The notes beneath the pieces were generated by a model. The model worked only from the letters and a program-made list of their open reading frames with translations. It did no database searches and was not told where the DNA came from. A stretch of DNA of 54,933 nucleotides, from contig CAZAGV010000001.1 in the NCBI GenBank assembly GCA_964484975.1, forward strand, positions 1-54,933, written 5' to 3'. Source of the DNA: an uncultured Candidatus Pelagibacter sp. (GTDB taxonomy: Bacteria > Pseudomonadota > Alphaproteobacteria > Pelagibacterales > Pelagibacteraceae). The translations under genes were made by a program, and so were the position numbers. Shown in pieces: positions 20,053 through 30,685 of the stretch (position 1 is its first letter; each line of letters begins with the position of its first letter).

Positions 20053-21386
20053 ATAATTTTTTCTTTATCTAGCCAAGAAACATTAAAATCAGATTTAACG
20101 AATTTTGGGTGATCTAATAGTTTTTTATGCAAATCTATTGTTGTTGTGATGCCTTCAATTACAAATTCATCCAAAGATCTTTTCATTCTTTGAATAGCTT
20201 CTGTTCTATTTCTTCCATGGCAAATTAACTTACAAACCATACTGTCGTAATAAGGAGTAATTTTGTAACCTTGATATATTGAGCCATCAACTCTTGTTCT
20301 AAAGCCAGAAGGTTGGTGGCACATTGTAATTTTTCCAGGAGATGGTTGAAAATTTTTACTAGGATCTTCTGCATTTATTCTACATTCAATCGCATGTCCT
20401 CTAGGAACAATGTCATCTTGTTTTAGCGCAGTTTCGCCTGAAAATGCAATGTGTATTTGTTCCTTTATAATATCTATACCAGTAACAACTTCTGTAACAG
20501 GGTGCTCAACTTGAACTCTAGTATTCATTTCTAGAAAAAAAAATTTTTCGTCTTCATATATAAACTCTACTGTACCCGCGTTTTCGTAGCCAATTTTACT
20601 TACCATATTCACTGTTTTTTCAAATAAATCTTTTCTTATACTTTCATTTAAAATAGGGCTAGGTGTTTCCTCAATTAATTTTTGATGGCGTCTTTGAACA
20701 GAGCAATCTCTTTCATGTAAATGAACAGTTCTATTTTTTCCAGAAAGAACTTGTACTTCAATATGACGAGGATTTTGAAAAAATTTTTCTATATAAACTT
20801 CTTCATTACCAAAATATTTTTGTGCTTCTGACTTAGCTGTAGCAAACAAATCGTCAAATTCAGATTCTTTATAAACTATTTTCATTCCTTTACCTCCACC
20901 ACCTGCAGAAGCTTTTATCAAAACTGGAAAACCAATTTTTTTACAAATTTCTTTAGCATGTTTTTTATCTTTTACTCCACCATCTGAACCTTCAATAACT
21001 GGAAGGCCATATTCTTTTGCTATTCTTTTTGCTTGTATTTTGTCCCCCATCATTTGTATTAATTTTGAAGAGGGTCCAATAAATTTAATTTTATAATCCT
21101 CTAAAATTTTTGCGAACTCTGGATTTTCTGATAAAAAACCATAACCAGGATGAACAGCTTCTGCATTTGTTAGTTCAATTGCAGACATTATTGCTGGAAT
21201 ATTTAAATAACTATTTAAAGGCTGGTGAGTTCCTACGCACACACTTTCGTCTGCTAATCTTACATGCATACTATCTCTATCAACGTCCGAATGAATGGCT
21301 ACAGTTGAAATTTCCCATTCTTTACAAGCTCTAATAACTCTAACCGCAATCTCACCTCGATTGGCAATTAATATTTTTTTAAACAT
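20049..21386 (-). CDS. accC: Acetyl-CoA carboxylase, biotin carboxylase
   Basis: KILIANRGEIA, HPGYGFLSEN, GGGGKGM, RDCSVQRRHQK, EMNTRVQVEH. Confidence 0.98.
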   Translation of the reverse strand: MFKKILIANRGEIAVRVIRACKEWEISTVAIHSDVDRDSMHVRLADESVCVGTHQPLNSYLNIPAIMSAIELTNAEAVHPGYGFLSENPEFAKILEDYKIKFIGPSSKLIQMMGDKIQAKRIAKEYGLPVIEGSDGGVKDKKHAKEICKKIGFPVLIKASAGGGGKGMKIVYKESEFDDLFATAKSEAQKYFGNEEVYIEKFFQNPRHIEVQVLSGKNRTVHLHERDCSVQRRHQKLIEETPSPILNESIRKDLFEKTVNMVSKIGYENAGTVEFIYEDEKFFFLEMNTRVQVEHPVTEVVTGIDIIKEQIHIAFSGETALKQDDIVPRGHAIECRINAEDPSKNFQPSPGKITMCHQPSGFRTRVDGSIYQGYKITPYYDSMVCKLICHGRNRTEAIQRMKRSLDEFVIEGITTTIDLHKKLLDHPKFVKSDFNVSWLDKEKII

Positions 21387-21745
21387 TACTCAAGAATTAA
21401 AATTTTTTGATCAAACTCGACTGGCTGACCATTATCAACACAAATTTCTTTAACTACACCGTCTGACGTTGTAGGAACATGATTCATTGTTTTCATGGCT
21501 TCTATAATCATAACAGTGTCTCCCTTTTTTATTTTTTTTCCAACTTCAACAAATTTTTTTCCTCCTGGTTCTGCAGCAAGATATGCAGTTCCAACTATAG
21601 GGCTTTTTACAATTATTTTATCTGATAAATCTATTTCTTCTTCTACAACACTATCTTTAGTTTCAATATCAATGCCTTTTGATGATTTTTTTAAATCCTC
21701 TAAGACCTGAATTAACTTGATTATAATTTTTTTATCTATTTCCAT
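21386..21745 (-). CDS. accB: Biotin carboxyl carrier protein (short)
   Basis: SPIVGTAY, IEAMKTMN biotinylation site; aroQ-accB-accC order. Confidence 0.96.
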   Translation of the reverse strand: MEIDKKIIIKLIQVLEDLKKSSKGIDIETKDSVVEEEIDLSDKIIVKSPIVGTAYLAAEPGGKKFVEVGKKIKKGDTVMIIEAMKTMNHVPTTSDGVVKEICVDNGQPVEFDQKILILE

Positions 21746-22178
21746 TTTTTAGCAATTCTTGCATTGCATTTATGGCCAAAATATAACCATTTGATCCAAG
21801 ACCACAAATAATTCCACTGACAATATTACTTATAAGGGATTTTTGTCTAAATTCTTCTCTTTTATATATATTTGAAATGTGTAATTCTATAGTTGGTTTT
21901 TTAAATATATCTAGAGCATCGCGAATAGATACAGAAGTATGGGTATATCCAGCAGCATTGATAATTATGCCATCATATTCTTTTCTAGCATTTTGTATTT
22001 TAGTTACTATTTCTCCTTCCAAATTTGACTGGAAAAAATCTAATTTTACTCCTATTTTTTTTGAATGTTCTAAACATATATTTTTTAAATCACTGAATGT
22101 AATTTTTCCATATTGGGATTGTTCTCTTTCACCTAATAGATTAAGATTTGGACCATTAATAATTATTATATTATTCAC
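21732..22178 (-). CDS. aroQ: Type II 3-dehydroquinate dehydratase
   Basis: NGPNLNLLG.RE, QSN.EG, INAAGYTHTS, ELHISN. The real start is GTG 22178 or ATG 22196; the track's extension to 22370 is antisense to thiS. Confidence 0.95.
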   Translation of the reverse strand: MNNIIIINGPNLNLLGEREQSQYGKITFSDLKNICLEHSKKIGVKLDFFQSNLEGEIVTKIQNARKEYDGIIINAAGYTHTSVSIRDALDIFKKPTIELHISNIYKREEFRQKSLISNIVSGIICGLGSNGYILAINAMQELLKNGNR

Positions 22179-22194
22179 AATAAGCTTATAATGC

Positions 22195-22413
22195 ATGAAA
22201 TTTAAAAATAAAATAAAAATCAAGGTAAATGGAAAAAAAGTTATATTTAATAAGAATGAGTCAATTGAGATATTAATTAAAAAACTCAAAATACCTTTAA
22301 ATAAAGTGGCTATAGAATTAAATAAAAAAATTTTGAATAAAAAGAAAATAAACAAAATCAAATTAAACAATAATGATAGTATTGAGATAGTTCATTTTAT
22401 AGGTGGAGGGTGA
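22195..22413 (+). CDS. thiS: Thiamine biosynthesis sulfur carrier
   Basis: [18 protein letters not shown] terminus; directly upstream of thiG. Confidence 0.96.
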   Translation: MKFKNKIKIKVNGKKVIFNKNESIEILIKKLKIPLNKVAIELNKKILNKKKINKIKLNNNDSIEIVHFIGGG

Positions 22414-23189
22414 TGAAAAAAAAAGATTTCCTTAAAATTGCAAAAAAAAAGCTTAATTCAAGACTTATAGTTGGTACTGGAAAATATAAAAATATGATTG
22501 AATGCGCAAAAGCAATAAAAATTTCCGGTGCAGAAATGGTTACTGTCGCAGTAAGAAGAGTAAATATAGCTGATAAGAATAAACCACTTTTGATGGACTA
22601 TATTGATCCGAAAAAAATTACTTATTTACCTAACACCGCAGGTTGTTTTAATTCCGGCGAAGCATTAAGAACACTTAGACTTGCTAGAGAAATTGGAGGA
22701 TGGAAATTAGTTAAATTAGAAGTTTTAGGAGATAAAAAAAATTTACTTCCCGATATGATTGAGACACTAAAATCAACAGAAGTTTTAACTAAAGAAGGCT
22801 TTGAAGTTATGGTTTATTGTAACGACGATCCTTTAATGGCAAAAAGATTAGAAAACGTTGGAGCAAAAGCTATAATGCCATTAGCTGCTCCAATTGGCTC
22901 AGGCTTAGGAATACAAAACAAATTAAACATACAAATTATTAGAAAGCAAACCAAGCTTCCTTTAATAATTGATGCTGGCATAGGAACCGCTTCAGATGCA
23001 TCAATAGCGATGGAAATGGGTTGTGATGGTGTATTAATAAATACTGCTATAGCAAAAGCAAAAAAACCCTATCAAATGGCTGAAGCAATGAAGTATGCAG
23101 TAATTGCAGGTAGAAAATCTTATTTATCAGGCAGAATAAAAAAAAATATTTATGGCAACGCTTCGTCTCCAAAAAAAGGATTAATTTAA
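22413..23189 (+). CDS. thiG: Thiazole synthase
   Basis: [40 protein letters not shown]; TGATG coupling to thiS. Confidence 0.98.
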   Translation: MKKKDFLKIAKKKLNSRLIVGTGKYKNMIECAKAIKISGAEMVTVAVRRVNIADKNKPLLMDYIDPKKITYLPNTAGCFNSGEALRTLRLAREIGGWKLVKLEVLGDKKNLLPDMIETLKSTEVLTKEGFEVMVYCNDDPLMAKRLENVGAKAIMPLAAPIGSGLGIQNKLNIQIIRKQTKLPLIIDAGIGTASDASIAMEMGCDGVLINTAIAKAKKPYQMAEAMKYAVIAGRKSYLSGRIKKNIYGNASSPKKGLI

Positions 23190-24967
23190 TTTTTTTTTAT
23201 ATTTTTTTTATAAAACTTTTTCTTTTTGAATTTCTTTTTATTAATATTGTAATTTTTAGCCTCGGGTTTAAAAATTTCTAACTTTTTTAAATTAGAAATT
23301 TTTTCTACTTTTTCTATCACTTTGTTTGTTTTAGACAAAAATTCGATTTCATAATCATCTAACCCTAAAGCATTGTTTTCAAACAAATTAATTTCAATTT
23401 TATTTTTTCTTTTAAAATAATTAAAATCATCATAGTAACTTTCTTTGATAAAATTACTTATTTTGTCATTCAAGTATATTTTTACTATTTTTGCATTGTT
23501 TTCTAGTGTTTTTAATTCTACTAATTTAATTACTTTTAGAGCAAAAGTTTCATTAGATAATTTTAGATTCCATTTAATATTGCTTTCTCTCAATCTTTGT
23601 CTTGACATTTCTAGAAGGCCAAAATTACTTATTCTTCCTATTTGAATTCTGGCTCTATCAGTTCTACACCTGTCCTTAAGTTTTCTTTCTACTAGTCTTT
23701 TATTAGAGTAATTCAGCATATCAATAAAATCTATTATGATTAAACCGGACAAATCTCTTAATTTAATTTGTCTTGCGATTTCTTCTCCAGCTTCTAAATT
23801 TGTGTCTAAAGCAGTACTTTCAACATTTTTTTGTCTAATAGATTTTCCAGAATTAACATCAATAGAGACCAAAGCTTCAGTTGGATTAATTACAAGGTAG
23901 CCTCCTGATTTTAGCTTAACCTCGGACTCAAAAATTTGATATAGCATGGATTCAATATTTTCTTTAAAAAATAAAGGCACTTTATCTCTATATTTTTTTA
24001 TTTTTTTAACATTGTTCGGCATTACTAGCTTCATATAATTTTTTGCTTTTTGATAACCCTCATTACCTTCAACGATTACACTTTGAGTTTCCTCATCATA
24101 CATATCTCTAATTGATCTTTTTATGATATCACTTTCTTGATGAATTATATTTGGCGCAATAGAATTAATAGCTTTTTCCTTTATTGAATTCCAAATATTA
24201 ATTAAATTATCCAAATCATTTTCAATTTCATTTTTTGTTTTATTAGATCCTGCCGTTCTTACAATCAGTCCCATTTCTTTAGGAATTTGAATTTCATTTA
24301 AAATTTTTCTAATTTTTTTTCTATCTGCTGGATTAAAAATTTTTCTAGAAATTCCACCTCCTTTTGGAGTGTTAGGCATTAAAACAATATATTTTCCCGC
24401 TATAGAAATAAATGTGGTTAGTGCAGCACCTTTTAGTCCTCTTTCATCTTTCAATACTTGAATTAAAATTACCTGATTAGGCTTAATAACTTCTTGAATC
24501 TTATATCTTTTTGTTGGATATCTTTTTTCCTTTTTGCTTTGTTCTATCTTATTTTCTAAAGGTGTTTTTTCAAGAGGGTCTTGGTTTAAATTTTCACCAT
24601 TATTATTTTCTTCTATATTTTTATTTTCATCAATAAAATTTTGTTCAGTTTTTTCGTCTTCTTTAATTAATTCTTCTCTTACTTTTTCTTCTTCTTCTTT
24701 AATTTTTTCTAGATCGCTTTGTGGTATCTGGTAATAGTCAGATTGAATATCGTTAAAAGACAAAAAACCATGTCTTTCTCTACCAAAGTCAATAAAAGCT
24801 GCTTGTAGAGAAGGTTCTATCCTGCTTACTTTTCCAAGATAAATATTATTTTTTATTAAACTATTGTTTACACTTTCATACTCGTAATCTTCAATGTTAT
24901 CATCAGATTTAAGTACAACTCTAGTTTCATTTGGATGCGATGCATCAATATATAAATTTTTTGACAT
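23186..24967 (-). CDS. rne: Ribonuclease E/G (compact)
   Basis: [19 protein letters not shown]1 domain, [37 protein letters not shown]. Confidence 0.96.
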   Translation of the reverse strand: MSKNLYIDASHPNETRVVLKSDDNIEDYEYESVNNSLIKNNIYLGKVSRIEPSLQAAFIDFGRERHGFLSFNDIQSDYYQIPQSDLEKIKEEEEKVREELIKEDEKTEQNFIDENKNIEENNNGENLNQDPLEKTPLENKIEQSKKEKRYPTKRYKIQEVIKPNQVILIQVLKDERGLKGAALTTFISIAGKYIVLMPNTPKGGGISRKIFNPADRKKIRKILNEIQIPKEMGLIVRTAGSNKTKNEIENDLDNLINIWNSIKEKAINSIAPNIIHQESDIIKRSIRDMYDEETQSVIVEGNEGYQKAKNYMKLVMPNNVKKIKKYRDKVPLFFKENIESMLYQIFESEVKLKSGGYLVINPTEALVSIDVNSGKSIRQKNVESTALDTNLEAGEEIARQIKLRDLSGLIIIDFIDMLNYSNKRLVERKLKDRCRTDRARIQIGRISNFGLLEMSRQRLRESNIKWNLKLSNETFALKVIKLVELKTLENNAKIVKIYLNDKISNFIKESYYDDFNYFKRKNKIEINLFENNALGLDDYEIEFLSKTNKVIEKVEKISNLKKLEIFKPEAKNYNINKKKFKKKKFYKKNIKKN

Positions 24968-25050
24968 AGATTTTTATTATTGTTTTTCATTAGTTTTTTA
25001 TAAATTTTGTGCCTTAAGTTTAACAAATTCGTAAACTAAATTATACAAAA

Positions 25051-27390
25051 ATGAGCAAGCTATTTAAAAAAGTTCTTATTTTTTTAGCATCAGGAGCCTT
25101 ATTTTCTTTTGCCCTAATTATAGGAACACTTTGGGTTTATTCGAACAAATTACCAGATTATAAATTTTTAAAAATGTACAAACCTGCAGTATCAAGCAAG
25201 TTGTATTCAGGAGGAGGTGAATTGGTTAGTGACTTTTCTTCTGAAAAAAGAATATTTGTTCCATACGATTCCATACCAATAATTGTTATTAATTCATTTT
25301 TATCAGCTGAAGATAAAAATTTTTTTTACCATCCTGGTGTTGATGCCAAGGGCATTGTGAGAGCTACAATTAACAATGTTTCAAATGTTATTTCTTCAAA
25401 AAGATTAGAAGGAGCCTCAACAATTACACAACAAGTAGCCAAAAACTTCCTTCTAACCAATGAAGTAAGCATTAATAGAAAAATTAAAGAAGCCATACTT
25501 GCATTTAGAATAGAAAGAGCACTATCAAAAGAAAGAATACTAGAATTATATCTTAATCAAATATATTTAGGAGAAGGATCATATGGAATTGCATCTGCAA
25601 GTTTAGAATATTTTGATAAACCAATAAGCAAATTAAACTACGCAGAAGCTGCACTTTTAGCGGCTCTTCCTAAAGCTCCAAGTAAATATAATCCTTTCAA
25701 AAATGTTGATTTAGCAAAACATAGAAGAAATTTAGTTATAAAAAATTTGCTAGAAAACTCGTATATAAATAAAGAAAAATATAATGAATTAATTAATTCA
25801 AAAATAAAATTAAGTAAAAGAAAAAAGAAATATTTAGAAGATGCAAGGTATTATGTGGAAGATGTAAGAAAATATCTTGTTGAAAAATATGGTTTTAATA
25901 AAATTTACAAGCAAGGTTTTACAATAAAAACTCCTATAAATTTAGAACTACAATCTTTTGCAACACAATCTTTGAGAGAAGGATTAGAAGAATACGACAG
26001 AAGAAAAGGTTGGCGTGGCCCTATATTAAATAAAAAAATTACAGATCAATGGAATAAAAATTTAAAAAAATACAAATTAGAAAAAATAATAGGATGGGAT
26101 CTTGCAATTGTTAAAAAAATTAACAAATTTTCAGTAGAAATTGAAACGGAAAAAAAAAACCAAGGAATTATAAAATACAAAGACTCATCATGGACAAAAA
26201 AAGAATTAGATAAAATTTTTAATATAGGTGATATTATTTATGTAAAAAATATTAAAGATAATTTATATAGTTTACAACAAGTTCCAAAAGCAAATGGAGG
26301 AATAGTAGTATTAAATCCTTACACAGGAAGAGTTCTTGCTATGTCAGGCGGGTTTAGTTTTAAATTAAGTGAATTTAATAGAGCCACCCAAGCTCTTAGA
26401 CAGCCAGGGTCAGCTTTTAAACCTTTTGTTTATGCTTTAGCTTTGGAAAATAATTTCACACCATCTACACTAGTTCTAGATGCTCCTGTTGTGCTTGATC
26501 AAGGAGAAGATTTGAAAATGTGGAAACCAGAAAATTATGGTAAGAAATTTTATGGACCTTCTACAATTAGAACAGGACTTGAAAAATCTAGAAATTTGAT
26601 GACAGTTAGAATTGCCCAGGAAATTGGAATTGATAAAATTGCAAATTTTGCAAAAAGCTTAAAAATTTATGATAATCCTGACAAAGTATTATCAATTTCA
26701 CTAGGATCAACAGAGACAACTTTATTAAAACTAACATCCGCATACAGTTCATTTGTAAATGGTGGTAAATTAATTGAACCAATATTTTTGGATAGGATTC
26801 AAGATAGTGAAGGAAATACTATTTTTAATTCAGAAAAAAGAGTTTGTGAAAAATGTAAAGAAATTTCGTATTTAGGAAACGATGTTCCAAAAATTAAAGA
26901 TAATTTTATGCAAATTTTTTCAGAGGAAACTGCCTATCAAATTACTTCTATGCTAGAAGGTGCCATTAAAAGAGGAACTGGAAGAAGATTAAAAGATTTA
27001 AATCTAGATTTAGCAGGAAAAACTGGAACAACAAATGAAAATACTGATGCATGGTTTGTTGGCTTTACTTCAAACCTAGTTATTGGTGTTTATGTAGGAC
27101 ACGATGAACCAAAAACTCTTGGAAAATATGAAACAGGCGCAAAGACAGCATTACCTATTTTTAAATCATTTATAAAAAAATCAGTAAAAAGAGTCGACGC
27201 AAGACCTTTTAAGGTAGCAAAAAATATTAAATTTTTAGTAATTGATCAAAAAACTGGAAGGAAAGCAGATTTTGGGTCTAAAACAACTATAATTGAAGCA
27301 TTTAAAAAAAATGATTTAACAAAAAATTTGTCAATTAACGATGATTTAAATTTAAAATTATATAAAAATAATATATTAAAATTCTATTAA
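25051..27390 (+). CDS. mrcA: Penicillin-binding protein 1A
   Basis: Transglycosylase motifs AEDKNF, GASTITQQVAKN, RKIKE; transpeptidase motifs SAFK, SRN, KTGT. Confidence 0.96.
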   Translation: MSKLFKKVLIFLASGALFSFALIIGTLWVYSNKLPDYKFLKMYKPAVSSKLYSGGGELVSDFSSEKRIFVPYDSIPIIVINSFLSAEDKNFFYHPGVDAKGIVRATINNVSNVISSKRLEGASTITQQVAKNFLLTNEVSINRKIKEAILAFRIERALSKERILELYLNQIYLGEGSYGIASASLEYFDKPISKLNYAEAALLAALPKAPSKYNPFKNVDLAKHRRNLVIKNLLENSYINKEKYNELINSKIKLSKRKKKYLEDARYYVEDVRKYLVEKYGFNKIYKQGFTIKTPINLELQSFATQSLREGLEEYDRRKGWRGPILNKKITDQWNKNLKKYKLEKIIGWDLAIVKKINKFSVEIETEKKNQGIIKYKDSSWTKKELDKIFNIGDIIYVKNIKDNLYSLQQVPKANGGIVVLNPYTGRVLAMSGGFSFKLSEFNRATQALRQPGSAFKPFVYALALENNFTPSTLVLDAPVVLDQGEDLKMWKPENYGKKFYGPSTIRTGLEKSRNLMTVRIAQEIGIDKIANFAKSLKIYDNPDKVLSISLGSTETTLLKLTSAYSSFVNGGKLIEPIFLDRIQDSEGNTIFNSEKRVCEKCKEISYLGNDVPKIKDNFMQIFSEETAYQITSMLEGAIKRGTGRRLKDLNLDLAGKTGTTNENTDAWFVGFTSNLVIGVYVGHDEPKTLGKYETGAKTALPIFKSFIKKSVKRVDARPFKVAKNIKFLVIDQKTGRKADFGSKTTIIEAFKKNDLTKNLSINDDLNLKLYKNNILKFY

Positions 27391-28488
27391 TGAGTATTGA
27401 TTTTTTAAATTACCAGACTGAAATAAAAAAAATGAACCTAAAAATTCAGGAGTATCTTTGAAAAACAAGGTATTTATTTCAGGTTAGAAAATATAAATAA
27501 AATAATTTTAGAACCAAATTTTTGGGATGACAAATCAAAAGCTGGAAAGATTTTAAAAGAAAAAAAACTTTATGAAGATTTGGTTCAAAGTTATGAAGTT
27601 TCTTTAAAACAATTCAATGAAATTACCGATTTATATAATCTTGCCCAAGAAGAAAATAATCAAACAATTTTAAAAGAGTCTGAAAATAATATTTTAGAGT
27701 TACACAAGAATATAAAAAAAAATGAAATAAAATGTTTTTTATCTAATGAAGCGGATAGCTTAGATGCTTATTTAGAAATACATGCTGGAGCTGGTGGAAC
27801 GGAAAGCCAGGACTGGGCAGAAATGCTAAGAAGAATGTATATGAAATGGGCATCAAGTAAAAATTATAAATGTCAATTAATTAGCGAGCACAAAGGTGAT
27901 GAAGCAGGAATTAAATCATCAACAATAAAAATAGATGGAAATTATATTTATGGATTTTTAAAATCAGAATCAGGAATCCACCGTCTGGTAAGAATATCAC
28001 CATTTGACTCTGGAGCTAGAAGACACACAAGTTTTGCAAGCGTTTGGGTTTATCCTGTAATTGACGAAAGCATCAAAGTAGAGATACTAGAAAAGGATTT
28101 GCGAATTGACACTTATAGATCTAGTGGAGCAGGTGGACAACATGTTAACACTACAGATAGCGCGGTAAGAATAACCCATGTACCAACAAAAATAGTTGTT
28201 CAATGCCAAAACGATAGATCACAGCATAAAAATAAAGAAACTTGCATGAACATGCTAAAAGCAAGACTTTACGAATATGAATTAAAAAAAAAAGAGCAAC
28301 AATTAAAAAGTTCTGAAGAATCAAAGGCAGATATTGGATGGGGCCATCAAATTAGATCATATGTTTTACACCCATATAGAATGGTTAAGGACAATAGAAC
28401 AAATTTTGAAAGCTCTAGTCCCAACAAAGTATTAGATGGTGAAATTGATGAATTTTTAGAAAGCTCGCTTTATAAACTAAATGATTAA
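27390..28488 (+). CDS. prfB: Peptide chain release factor 2, expressed through a +1 programmed frameshift (about 365 aa)
   Basis: ATG 27390 gives 23 codons ending CTT TGA. The +1 frame from 27460 is open into the track's ORF 27580-28488, which carries SPF and GGQ. Confidence 0.96.
27448..27462 (+). promoter_or_regulatory. RF2 frameshift cassette
   Basis: AGGAG TAT CTT TGA A: internal SD, 3-nt spacer, slippery CTT-T and in-frame UGA. Confidence 0.93.
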
Positions 28489-30685
28489 ATTTTTTTTAAA
28501 AATATTAATCTTAATATCCATTTTGTTTTTATTGTTTTTAGGATATTTTGCGTATTTTGGAATTACGACGTCAAATTTTAATTCAATTATAAAAGATCAA
28601 ATTAAAAAACAAAATAATAATTTAGATATAGAGCTAAAGAAAATAAAGTTACATTTAGATTTAAAAAATATCACAATAAAAATTAAGACTAAAAATCCTA
28701 AAATAATCTTAAATAATTCTGAGAAAATAGAGTTAAATGAAATTTCATCAAATATTTTGATATCATCATATTTTCAAAATAAATTTGCCATAAACAATCT
28801 TTCAATAAAGAGCAAAAACAATGAAATAACTAGTTATATCAATTTATATAGGCTTACCAACAATGTACCACAGCTTATTTTACTAAACCAATTCTTAAAG
28901 AGTGGAACAGCACAGATAAATGTAGATTTAAGCTTTGATAACTCTGGAAAATTAAAAAGTAATTATAATTTAACAGGAAAAATTTCAAATACTGAATTAA
29001 TAATACATAAAAATAAAAATATTAAAGAGTTAAATTTTAATTTTACCGTTAATGACAATAATTATAACTTTGAAAAAATTTTATTTAAATTTAATGAAAT
29101 AAAATTTAATTCAGAATTTTTAAATATACAGAAAAAAAATGATAAATTTTTTGTAAAAGGAAATTTAAAAAATAAAAAAGATAAAATTAATAATGATGTA
29201 ATTTTATTAGTATTTAAAGATAATTTAGAAAACTTTGATTTTTCTAATACTAAATTTGACTCAACTTCAGAATTTAGCTTTGATTTAAATAAAAAATTTA
29301 AAATTAAAAATCTTAAAGTTAATTCTAAATTGAATTTAGATGAATTAATTTTAAAATATGATTTATATAAAATTGATAATTATGTAAAAGACTACAATAA
29401 TTTAATAAAATTAAAAGAAAACAAGCTTAATATCAAGTATGCAGAAAAAAAATTTTTAATAGAAGGATCTAGCGAATTTTACATTGATGAAAATTTTAAA
29501 AATTCGGTAAATTTTAAAATTATAAAAAATAAAAATAAAACTATTTTTGAAACTTTTTTAAATTTAAAAAATGTAGATTTAAAAATTAAAGATATTAGTT
29601 ATGAGAAAACTAAAAAAGATAATGCAACATTGCAAATTAAAGGATTTGAATCTAGCAAAAAAATACTTTTAAAAAATATAAATTATATAGAAACTAATAA
29701 CGAAATAGAAATAAGTAATTTAGAAATATATAATAATAAAATACTAAATATAGAAAAAATAAGATTTGATTATTTAACTAAGAATAATTTTAAAAATCAG
29801 ATAACTTTAACCAAAAAAAACTCTGATTATGAATTAATAGGTAAAAGCTTTGACGGTATCCAGCTTATTGAAAATATTGCAAATTCTGAACCAAGTAAAA
29901 ATTTTTTTAATATATTTAAGAATTTAAATTCAAAAATTAATATTATTATTGATGAAGTCAAACTTGACGACGAAAATACCGTTAATAATTTAAATGGAAG
30001 TTTAGAGGTCAAAAATAGCAAAATTTTTGATTTAAATTTAAACTCAGATTTTAGTACAAATGAAAAGATATTTGTTTCAGTAAAAACACTAAAAGATAAA
30101 AGTGTAATAACAACATTTTATTCAGATAGAGCAAAACCTTTTGTTAAAAAATATAAATTTATTAAAGGTTTTGAAGGTGGAAATTTAGATTTTAGTTCAA
30201 CAAAAATAAATAACACTTCAAAATCTAAATTAATAATTGATAATTTTAAGGTTCAGAAAATACCAGTATTGGCCAAAATATTAACTTTAGCATCACTCCA
30301 AGGAATTGCAGATCTATTGACAGGCGAAGGTGTAAGATTTACTGACTTTGAAATGATTTATTCAAACAAAGGTAATTTAATGACCATTGATGAAATTTAT
30401 GCAATTGGTCCAGCCATATCAATAATGATGGAAGGGTATGTTGAAAGCAAAAAGTTGGTAAGTTTAAGAGGAACTTTGGTGCCTGCAACAACTATAAATA
30501 GAACAATTTCATCAATTCCATTACTTGGTAATTTGTTAGTAGGAAAAAAAGTTGGAGAAGGCGTTTTTGGAGTTAGTTTTAAAATTAAAGGTCCGCCCAA
30601 AGATTTAAAAACAACAGTAAATCCTATTAAAACTTTAACACCACGATTTATAACTAGAACTTTAGAAAAAATTAAAAAAAATTAA
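28481..30685 (+). CDS. AsmA-like / YhdP-type envelope protein
   Basis: N-terminal TM anchor, long beta-rich body, C-terminal L.GTLVPA..IN..I..IPLLG.LL.G...GEG.FG..F.I.GP......VNP...L.P; next to tyrS. Confidence 0.85.
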   Translation: MIKFFLKILILISILFLLFLGYFAYFGITTSNFNSIIKDQIKKQNNNLDIELKKIKLHLDLKNITIKIKTKNPKIILNNSEKIELNEISSNILISSYFQNKFAINNLSIKSKNNEITSYINLYRLTNNVPQLILLNQFLKSGTAQINVDLSFDNSGKLKSNYNLTGKISNTELIIHKNKNIKELNFNFTVNDNNYNFEKILFKFNEIKFNSEFLNIQKKNDKFFVKGNLKNKKDKINNDVILLVFKDNLENFDFSNTKFDSTSEFSFDLNKKFKIKNLKVNSKLNLDELILKYDLYKIDNYVKDYNNLIKLKENKLNIKYAEKKFLIEGSSEFYIDENFKNSVNFKIIKNKNKTIFETFLNLKNVDLKIKDISYEKTKKDNATLQIKGFESSKKILLKNINYIETNNEIEISNLEIYNNKILNIEKIRFDYLTKNNFKNQITLTKKNSDYELIGKSFDGIQLIENIANSEPSKNFFNIFKNLNSKINIIIDEVKLDDENTVNNLNGSLEVKNSKIFDLNLNSDFSTNEKIFVSVKTLKDKSVITTFYSDRAKPFVKKYKFIKGFEGGNLDFSSTKINNTSKSKLIIDNFKVQKIPVLAKILTLASLQGIADLLTGEGVRFTDFEMIYSNKGNLMTIDEIYAIGPAISIMMEGYVESKKLVSLRGTLVPATTINRTISSIPLLGNLLVGKKVGEGVFGVSFKIKGPPKDLKTTVNPIKTLTPRFITRTLEKIKKN

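Noticed and set aside
22197-22370. 58-aa hydrophobic N-terminal extension of AroQ in the ORF track
   Set aside because: It is the antisense of thiS; AroQ homology starts only near 22178.
27459-27461. prfB as a pseudogene or sequencing error
   Set aside because: The break coincides exactly with the known SD + CTT TGA recoding cassette.
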